From Candidatus Altimarinota bacterium (lineage in GTDB: Bacteria; Patescibacteriota; Gracilibacteria; 1-14-2-50-48-13): a stretch of DNA of 64,000 nucleotides. Numbering within the stretch: position 1 is the first letter of the stretch; every line of letters starts with the position of its first letter. The stretch covers positions 1,152,001-1,216,000 of the forward strand of contig JBKBWQ010000001.1 of NCBI GenBank assembly GCA_046314355.1. Reading direction: 5' to 3'. The notes under the pieces were generated by a model that worked only from the letters and a program-made list of their open reading frames with translations, was not told where the DNA came from and did not search any database. The translations under genes and the position numbers were made by a program. Shown here piece after piece: positions 19,741-28,200 of the stretch.

Positions 19741-22332
19741 ATGGCGGAGCGGAAAAAAACAATCACTACCCAACTCATCAATAAAGTACTTAATGTATCT
19801 AAAAATGAATGGGGACGCATTCTTGAGGCATGGATGCTTCGTATCTTTTTTCAGATAGGGTTTGTTATCGGATGGACGATGATGACAGCTATGGTGGTAA
19901 ACGAGTTAGGAATTACATTCCTGCCATATCTCTATGTGGTGAATGGCGCTTTTATTGTGATGGGTACCCTCATCTTCTCACGGCTTATTTATGTTCTGAA
20001 AAACAGAACGTTGATTATTACAGCCTCTCTTCTTTCAGCTCTTGTGCTGCTTATCGCAGTAGTTTTATTTAAGCATCATTCTATATATTTTCTTCTGCTT
20101 GCTCTCTTTAGTATCTCTATATTTGCTACCCAGGTAAATATTCTACTTCTTGGATTTATTGAAGAGCTATTCTCGCCTATTGAAAACCAGCGTGCTAATC
20201 CTCTTATCGAGACCTCTGAACCTATTGGAGGTATTATTGCCGGTATTATTCTCTCGACGCTTGCAGGAAAGATTCACGTGACAAGTTTCACTTATTTCTG
20301 GATAGTATTTACTCTAGCTGTTATTCCTATTCTTTTGTTTTTCTATCATAAAAAACATAAGTTTATCAAAATCCTTTCAAAGAAGGATATGGCGGAACAT
20401 GCACAAAAGGAAAATAAAATGAAGAAAGGTCTGCAGCATATTAAGGCTATGCCTTTTGTGAAGGGACTCGTTGTGGTGGTTTTCTGTCAGTGGATGTTTG
20501 TGAATATTATGAATTACCAATATACGAAGGCTGTGGATTCCAATCTTTCTCATGGCTCTGGTCATGAAACTACAGCTGTACATGACACAAAAGCTTCTGC
20601 TTCCCATGAGGATACTTCTCATGATAAACCTGTAGACTCTGCACATAAAGAGAGTACAGAAAAAGATCATGCTGCTGAGTCTGATACGCATGCATCAGCA
20701 CCTCTAAGAGACTATAATGAGCCTCCCGTTGCTGAGGCTTCCCATGAAGATGCCCTTACTCACGGTCTCGGAACACTGCATATTATGTTCTCTGTATTTA
20801 TGCTCCTTACACAGCTTTTTGTCTCAAGCCGTGCGGTTAACAGAATGGGAATTGTACGTTCTCTTGAAATACTTCCTGGTCTTTCTCTCCTCAACGTTGT
20901 TGCCATGCTCTTTAACTTTACTTTCTTTACAGCAGTTCTTTCAAAGGCGATCTATGAAATCACGCTGGTGCTTTCAAATAATGCATATCATAACTCATAT
21001 TATGCGGTCTATGAAAGCATACGTGAGCAGATAAGAGAGTTCCTTGAGGGAATGGTGCGTCCGCTTGGTGTAATTGCTGGAACACTCCTCCTTATTATTC
21101 TTCAGTTTACAGTTGGTCTAGCTTATATTGATACTGTTATTACTGTGGTAATGGGTGTGATACTCATTATTATGATCTGGACTTTATATTCAATGCAGGA
21201 TAGATATACACAGCTTTCAAAGAAGAATCTTGATATTATTGGAGAACATCCTGAAAAATTTAATGCCATAGAAATCTTATCTCAGCAGGGACATAAGGAG
21301 GCAAGCATGATCCTTACAAAGAATCTTATTTTCAAAAAAGAAACACCTCGTACAAAGGTCCGCATTCTAAAGGCTTTAGCTATCTTGAAGGATGAAGAAT
21401 CTCTTCCTGAGATACTTACTTGTCTCGAAGATGAGAGTCTTGATGTACGGATACAGGCTTGTAAGACACTTGCTGCATTCAAAAACTTAGGTACGAAGTT
21501 CTATACACAGGCCTTTTCAAAATTTAGAGTAATGACAGTATTATCTGAGACTTTTAAAAGAGAACACTCTAGAGAGTTGAAGCTTGCAATCATAAATGTA
21601 TTTGCAAGTATTCACCATAGCGATATTGTGCCATTTCTCCTGGAATGTCTGGAGAGTGAGTCTGATGAGTTTAAGGCTGATATTATCTATATCATAGGAA
21701 TGTTTAATGATATCAATGCAGGCTCATACATCGAAAAATATCTGGAAAATGAAGATCCAATGATCAAGGCAAATACTATTATTGCTTTATGGAGATTCAA
21801 AAAATACCGTCTTAAACTTCTGATACATCTTACAGCCATGCTCGATGATGAGAATGATAAAGCAAGAGTGCTTGCCGGTATATTTGTACTAGGTGAGACT
21901 CAATCAATCCAGGAAGCACCACGTCTCTTTCAGTATCTGGAGTCAGAAGATCAGGAGATAAAGCTTTATGCAGCAGTGGCGCTTGCGAAGCTTGGATATC
22001 AGGAAGCTATAGATCCGCTTCTTATGTTTATGATTAGTGAAGACCATGCTATTGCGCAGAAGACAAAGGAACTCTTGATGTATGTGGATGAAAAGTTTAT
22101 GAAGTTCTTTAGATCTCATCTTGAACAGCATATACATATACTTATCTCAAATGACTTTGGAGATAAGAGACATATATCTACTGAGGAGATTACTCTGCAC
22201 CAGCTGGATAAGCTTAAATACTACTATAATCTTCTTGAGTACGATCAGGGTATATTGAGAATCGAGAAGGTGCTGGATGAGAAAAAGAAAGGAGAGAGTG
22301 GACTAGTTAGTCTGCATACGACGAAGACATAG
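19741..22332 (+). CDS. MFS-like (NTT/TLC-related) transporter fused to HEAT repeats
   Basis: About 12 TM segments in the N-terminal ~480 aa (LPYLY; F..IENQRANPLI...IGGIIAG), a His-rich loop, then HEAT-like repeats (VRIQACKTL, IKANTIIAL, IKLYAAVALAKLG). Confidence 0.72.
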   Translation: MAERKKTITTQLINKVLNVSKNEWGRILEAWMLRIFFQIGFVIGWTMMTAMVVNELGITFLPYLYVVNGAFIVMGTLIFSRLIYVLKNRTLIITASLLSALVLLIAVVLFKHHSIYFLLLALFSISIFATQVNILLLGFIEELFSPIENQRANPLIETSEPIGGIIAGIILSTLAGKIHVTSFTYFWIVFTLAVIPILLFFYHKKHKFIKILSKKDMAEHAQKENKMKKGLQHIKAMPFVKGLVVVVFCQWMFVNIMNYQYTKAVDSNLSHGSGHETTAVHDTKASASHEDTSHDKPVDSAHKESTEKDHAAESDTHASAPLRDYNEPPVAEASHEDALTHGLGTLHIMFSVFMLLTQLFVSSRAVNRMGIVRSLEILPGLSLLNVVAMLFNFTFFTAVLSKAIYEITLVLSNNAYHNSYYAVYESIREQIREFLEGMVRPLGVIAGTLLLIILQFTVGLAYIDTVITVVMGVILIIMIWTLYSMQDRYTQLSKKNLDIIGEHPEKFNAIEILSQQGHKEASMILTKNLIFKKETPRTKVRILKALAILKDEESLPEILTCLEDESLDVRIQACKTLAAFKNLGTKFYTQAFSKFRVMTVLSETFKREHSRELKLAIINVFASIHHSDIVPFLLECLESESDEFKADIIYIIGMFNDINAGSYIEKYLENEDPMIKANTIIALWRFKKYRLKLLIHLTAMLDDENDKARVLAGIFVLGETQSIQEAPRLFQYLESEDQEIKLYAAVALAKLGYQEAIDPLLMFMISEDHAIAQKTKELLMYVDEKFMKFFRSHLEQHIHILISNDFGDKRHISTEEITLHQLDKLKYYYNLLEYDQGILRIEKVLDEKKKGESGLVSLHTTKT

Positions 22333-22333
22333 A

Positions 22334-23041
22334 CTAAAGAAGTTTATAAGAAATACGGACAATACCTTTTTTGGAGCTAATCTTTGTGATCTGCATCCCT
22401 CCAACCTCCCCCGAGTGGCTTATATGAGTGCCTCCGCACCCAACCTCTTTGTATCCTGCAAAAGTTATCGTTCTTCCTTCTTTGCCGGCAGGAATGGAAA
22501 TCTCTTTTTGTTTACATTGCTTAGGACTTAATATTTCCTTGTGTACAGGAATATTTGCTTGGATTAAATTCTGTGTTTCCTGATTAAGAAGATCTTTTAC
22601 TTCATCAGTGTTCTCTAGGGATCCAAAATATTCTACATAGGGAGAATCTGCAAAATGGTAGCTTCTGCTATGTGGGAAATGATATCCTAGACTATCCATG
22701 GCAATATATAAAAGGTGACCAGCAGAGTGGTTTCGTGCATTGAGAATTCGTCTCTCCTGATTAATTGAAAGAGATACAGAAGATCCTGTTTGTGCTCTTT
22801 CTCCCTGCCAAGTTCCGTAATGAAGTACTTCACCTTCATCATTTAAACGTGTATCTGTGACATGATATACTGCCTTTAAGTATGCAATGGTTCCATGATC
22901 TGCAGGCTGCCCGCCGCCTTGCGGATAAAAAATTGTTTGATCTAGGATAAGGGCATGCCCTTTATCTGTCTCAAGTTCTTTTAAAATTACCGCTGAGGAT
23001 TCAAAAAGATATGTATCTTCAAGATAAAGGGCTTTTGTCAT
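22334..23041 (-). CDS. AlaX-type trans-editing (alanyl-tRNA editing) protein
   Basis: TIFYPQGGGQPAD, HSAGH (HxxxH) and CGGTH (CxxxH) motifs; ATG at 23041. Confidence 0.9.
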   Translation of the reverse strand: MTKALYLEDTYLFESSAVILKELETDKGHALILDQTIFYPQGGGQPADHGTIAYLKAVYHVTDTRLNDEGEVLHYGTWQGERAQTGSSVSLSINQERRILNARNHSAGHLLYIAMDSLGYHFPHSRSYHFADSPYVEYFGSLENTDEVKDLLNQETQNLIQANIPVHKEILSPKQCKQKEISIPAGKEGRTITFAGYKEVGCGGTHISHSGEVGGMQITKISSKKGIVRISYKLL

Positions 23042-23141
23042 AGGAGAATAGTAGTATCTAAGATAACTGAATGATATATGTGTATTGCCTGAATAATCAA
23101 TACTAGATATAGTAAAAGCATCAACAGTAACTACTGACAAT

Positions 23142-23876
23142 ATGAATGATTATCTTCAAACACTCGGATTTAGTGAAAAAGAAACAAAAGTATACTTAGC
23201 TCTTGTGGAGCTTGGGATGCAGGCAGGATCTACTATTGCGCGGACTACTGGTCTATCTAAATCCACAGTCCTTTTCCTGCTTGATGGATTAGCGAAGCGG
23301 GGTATTGTACAGAAATCTCACAGGGGGAAAGTGCAGTATTATTTTGCAGATCCGAAGGATTTAATGATCACAGAACAGACAGTGTTAAAAGGGAAAACTG
23401 AAGCACTTAATAAAATAATTCCCTTGCTCACAGAACTGAAGTCTCCGTTCAGTGCATTACCAAAGGTAACATTTTTTGAAGGCATAGAAGGCTGTAGAAA
23501 AATCTACTGGCAGCTTCTTGATTCGAAGACTGAGATACTTGAATTTGGTGTACATAGCGATCTTGTACAAAAATTTGGAGAAAAATTTATGAATGAGTTT
23601 ATAGAAGAAAGAGTAAAGCGAAAATTGTTTCTAAGAGCTTTAGCGCAGGAGGATCCAATTGAAAAGATCTTACAGAATCTAGATAAAAAGCAGTGCCGTG
23701 AAATCAGACTATTCTCAGGAGAATTTGGGAGACTCTACTCATCCGTAGCAATCTTTGAGGAAAAGGTATTACTGCTGAATCTCTTTCGGGATGCCTTTGG
23801 TATATTGATAGAAAATCCGGAGTTTTCGAAAACAATGAGAACTATATTTGAAGTTCAATGGAGTTTAGTGAAGTGA
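23142..23876 (+). CDS. TrmB-family transcriptional regulator
   Basis: LGFSEKETKVYLAL winged HTH and PKVTFFEGIEG, with a C-terminal effector-type domain. Confidence 0.88.
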   Translation: MNDYLQTLGFSEKETKVYLALVELGMQAGSTIARTTGLSKSTVLFLLDGLAKRGIVQKSHRGKVQYYFADPKDLMITEQTVLKGKTEALNKIIPLLTELKSPFSALPKVTFFEGIEGCRKIYWQLLDSKTEILEFGVHSDLVQKFGEKFMNEFIEERVKRKLFLRALAQEDPIEKILQNLDKKQCREIRLFSGEFGRLYSSVAIFEEKVLLLNLFRDAFGILIENPEFSKTMRTIFEVQWSLVK

Positions 23877-23877
23877 T

Positions 23878-24153
23878 CTACTGATTTTTATCCATGGAGA
23901 TACCTTGTTTCCGAATCCACCAAGACTTTAGAGGAGGAAGAGTGAGGGTTGAAAGAAAGTATCCAAGTACAGGAACACATGCATTCAAAAATACTGGCTC
24001 TGCATGGATAGTTTTCATGAAAAGACAGGCACATAGATATGTAATCAGCATAATGCTTAATTTTCTTGTCCAGCTGCCTTCCCATTTTTTATCTAATTCT
24101 ACTTTTTTATTTCGTAGCTTTATTTCTTGAAGGAATTCTTCAGTAGACTGCAT
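23878..24153 (-). CDS. Small hypothetical membrane protein
   Basis: RNKKVELDKKWEGSWTR followed by two hydrophobic segments (LSTLTLP). Confidence 0.7.
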   Translation of the reverse strand: MQSTEEFLQEIKLRNKKVELDKKWEGSWTRKLSIMLITYLCACLFMKTIHAEPVFLNACVPVLGYFLSTLTLPPLKSWWIRKQGISMDKNQ

Positions 24154-24189
24154 AGGGGATTTGGTAAAAATGACAACTTTGTGCCGATT

Positions 24190-24435
24190 TTACATAAACA
24201 TCCGCACAAGTGCAATGATAGCTATAACTGCCCAAATTGCATTAAGCACCGCTGGCTGCCAGTCTTTTTTTAAAGACGCGATATAGAGAATACCAAAAGA
24301 ACCAGTGATATTGAGTATTTGGTACAAAATACTTTGCGTAGGAAGAACACCAAAGTTGTTGAGAGCAAATGCTCCAACTATTGCGACGGTGCCGTACCAT
24401 CCAATTGCTTCAGAAATGGTGCTATTGATCTTCAT
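24190..24435 (-). CDS. CBU_0592-like small membrane protein
   Basis: Three TM segments with IGWYG, YQILNITGS and QPAVLNAIW patterns. Confidence 0.7.
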   Translation of the reverse strand: MKINSTISEAIGWYGTVAIVGAFALNNFGVLPTQSILYQILNITGSFGILYIASLKKDWQPAVLNAIWAVIAIIALVRMFM

Positions 24436-24460
24436 AAGTGTAATTATAAATAATAAGATA

Positions 24461-25192
24461 CTATCCTATTGGTGGAGCTTGAAAAATAAGTCCAATTCCG
24501 TATCCGGAGAGTGCAGCAATAATTCCTATAACAGCAAGCTTGAGTCCGCTTGACCACCAGTTTCCAACCATCGAGATTGCTTTATATGCTCCAACTGCGA
24601 AGAGTGTAAGAGCAGATAGCACAAGTGCTATCCAAATCGATGGCTCTATTGAGAGAAAGAAGAATGGAAGCAGCGGTACAAATGAACCTACCATTGCAGA
24701 AAATCCTACAATAAATGATTCTACGATGAGCTCTTTTCTAGATACAGGTGAGAGATTAAGTTCCTCAGTCATCATTGTTTTCAGCCATATTGTTTTATCT
24801 TTTGTAATGGTATCTACGATTTGTTCTAAGAGTTCTCCTTTAAATCCTTTTTCTGCATATATTTCCCGGATCTCATCTTTTTCAATTTGAGGAATTTTTT
24901 CTATATGCTCTCCTTCTTTTTTCTTTTCTGCCAGATAGTAGTCATGCTCTGCCATCCCTGATGTATACGCGACAGCTCCCATAGATATGGACTCTGCAAA
25001 TGTGGCAGCAAGTCCTCCTGCGATCACTATACGTACATCATGAGATGCGGCAGCTACACCTAAAATAACACCAAGTACATTTACCAGACCGTCCTGACCT
25101 CCAAGAATAATATTTTTCACGAGCTTCCCTTGCTGAAGTTTATGTGGTGCTACACCATGATGTGTGTATTTATGGTCGCTTGTTTTTTCCAT
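24461..25192 (-). CDS. VIT1/CCC1 family Fe/Mn transporter
   Basis: GGQDGLV, AESISMG..Y, acidic cytosolic insert, MMTEEL and PLLPF motifs. Confidence 0.92.
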   Translation of the reverse strand: MEKTSDHKYTHHGVAPHKLQQGKLVKNIILGGQDGLVNVLGVILGVAAASHDVRIVIAGGLAATFAESISMGAVAYTSGMAEHDYYLAEKKKEGEHIEKIPQIEKDEIREIYAEKGFKGELLEQIVDTITKDKTIWLKTMMTEELNLSPVSRKELIVESFIVGFSAMVGSFVPLLPFFFLSIEPSIWIALVLSALTLFAVGAYKAISMVGNWWSSGLKLAVIGIIAALSGYGIGLIFQAPPIG

Positions 25193-25252
25193 GAATATAT
25201 ATAAAAAAAATCGTAGATGCTGAGAATATCAACATCTACGATTATAGCGCAT

Positions 25253-28200
25253 TTATCTCTCAGTGCGCAATGCGGTTGCTCCGGATTTTGCATAAACTGC
25301 TGGATTGTACATCTCGAAGGCATGTACTGCCGGATAGGAGAAAGTACCTTCTGATATGACTTGAGCATCATATGAAAACTGTGTCTCCCTTGCATCCTGC
25401 ATATACAGCATCACAAGCTGATCTTTCATCTCTATATGATCTGCCCAGCCGATACTAAAGGATGCATCTGTTTTTCCTGAAGTTGTAATACCAGGATTTA
25501 GTGCCTCTAGACCTGCGGGAAGATGGTCTTCTATCGCAATTCTTTTGTTATTTCCGTTATCTTTGTATTTAGGAATGAATGAAATATTAATCCGTACCTT
25601 ATCCCCTCTATGTAGGGTGGTTGGAGAGGAGGTGAGGGATCCATTTGTTTTGTAATATTCAAGTGTACGTTTGATAATAAAATTTTCATTCTCCACATAC
25701 TGTTCTTTAGGGCTCTTCTGGTAATTTACAAAAGCTTGATAGTATACTGTTCTTCCTTGGGGAGTCTGGATCGAGATAGTGAGTGGGGATGTTAGATTCT
25801 TTAGAGGGAGATGCACTACTGTAGCGTCAGAGTTACCTCCCTGAGCGAAATCAGCAGTCGCAACATTAGTGCCGTTTACAAGAATCTCTGCTTTGAAAGG
25901 ATCGTTATTCTCTGCATGGGTCTGTAAATACTCGCTAATACCTCGAAGTGTTGCAGAAGTCTCATGTGTAGTTGCCCAACGGTCATCCTTACTTTGAGAT
26001 ACGAGATATGAAATCATATTTGGAAGAACTGTATTGTTGGAATCTACATATGCAAGTGAGCGGAGTAAGGTAGCATTCATAGCAACATTACCGTACATGA
26101 ATCCAAAGTAATCTGTCTTGGGATCTACTTTTATATATGCTTTTCCTGCTTCTTTTGCCATCTTACTTAGAAGTCCATCTTTAAGAGCAGTTGTCCGGGA
26201 AGTATATACAGACTTTTCTTGAGCGTTAGTAGTCTCTCGAGCAAGGTCAAAGTAGATACTCATCAGATAACTCTGACTTTCAATAGACAAATTATCTTTA
26301 TTCTTATAGAGCACATCTGCGTAAGATGAGATGCCCTTTACTCCCAGATTCTTTAGTACCGAAAGCGCAAAAGCACGTTCATTAAGATTTGCCATCTTTC
26401 CGCTAGAGAGTTGGTTTAAGAGATAATCTCTACCTTTTTTAACAACATTTACATCTACACTAAATCCATTCTGTTCTGCATAGGAAAGACCTGAGAGGAC
26501 ATAGGCTGTAAGGTAGTTCTCTACATATTCTTCATCTCCCCAGAGGCTCCATCCTCCATTGTCAGATTGATAATTATATAGTTTCTGGAATGCCATAGAG
26601 ACATTCTTTTCAATGTCTTCTGAACTAATGCCTTCTAATTCAAGATTTGATTTCTCAAGGTACTCTTTGAGAATAACGTTTGAGAAAAGCACACTTGTTG
26701 TTTGCTCACTGCATCCATATGGATACATAAGTAGGTACTGAAGCTGCTTCTTTAGATTGGCTGTGAGACCTCCGCTTGCGTAGATCGTAAGATCTCCAGT
26801 GGCGAGTGCTTCTGCTGAGAGCTTTCCTGAAGTGAGTGTAGTACTGAAATTTCCTGTTCCTTGTCCACTTTGTCCAAAGGTGTCTACTACTTGCGCAGGG
26901 TAGACATTCAATCTATCTGTCACATGGTCTCCAACTCCAGTTGTACTTATTGCCTTCATATCTAAACTAATGTTTTTTGCATTAAGAGGAGCAGTGATTG
27001 CCCATGATACAGGGCTAGATCCCTGAGCTTTTACAAGTATTGACTTTGACTTATCTTTTATGTCTATACCAGGGATGTCTAGAGTTGCTGATACGGTTTG
27101 ATCCTGATTAGTAAGATTAAATAGGCTGTAGCTAAATACTGCTTGATCTCCTGACCGTACAAAACGGGGAAGTAATGCCTGTGCGACGAAATCAATTTTT
27201 GATTCTATAGAGACTGCCGCACTTCCTACTTTGGTATCGCTGGTAGTTCCAATGGAGAGAATCTCCCAATGTGTCAGGTTGTCAGGAAGTGTAAATGAAA
27301 CTTGTGCATTGCCTGCTGCATCTGTCTGGACAGTACCGCTCCAAAAAGCAGTATCTTTCATATTTCCACGCTTGATAGGGAGACCGGATGCTCCGCCTTT
27401 TCCACTTCCGCCTACTGTCTCAAGAGAGATCTTCTCTACGAGATGAGTAAGGGACTGCGCTGTAGAGACCACTATTCCTTTGAAATAATAAAAGGCATTC
27501 ATAATATCTCTGTCTACTCCTCCAGCAAGAGCTATCACTGCTTCATCAACTACCGCAAGAGATACTTCTGCAGGGATACTTTTTCCTGTTGAATCCTTTG
27601 TGGATACATTAACGGTAACTTTTTCCCGCGGCTGATATGTCTTCTTATCAGTAGACAGATTGATTGAGAGCTCTTTTACGGATGTGTCTACATATAGTTT
27701 TGTATATCCTTGTCTAAAGTCCGGAGTTCCAGTGGCAGATAGAAGTGTCACTGAGACAAATGCATTTGGAAGATAGCTGGATTTTATAGGAAAACTTACA
27801 GGTGTATTGTTGTTTGGAAGTTCCACAATCATACTCTCAAGTATCTTTTCTCTTTCTATGGTGATAAGCGCTGTGGACTTCTCAAAAGGAGACTGAATAA
27901 TGAGCTTTGCAGTATCTCCTACTTTATAAGTAGGCTTATCAAGTACGGTTTGTACTTTGAATATGTCTGTACTTGCCCAAGGAGTGTAGCTGTTATCAAG
28001 AGCATAGACGTAAATATAATCTCTTGAAGATCCGCGGTTGCCCTTTGAATCTGTATAGACTGTACGTGCGTAGTAGCTGCCAGCTTTGGTAGGTGTAAAG
28101 GTTACCTTAGCTTTACCTGATGCATCTGTGGTAACACTTGTTGAGCTGAGTTTACTGTTTATATTTTCACTATTTGTAACTGAGTCTCCAGAGACGTCAG

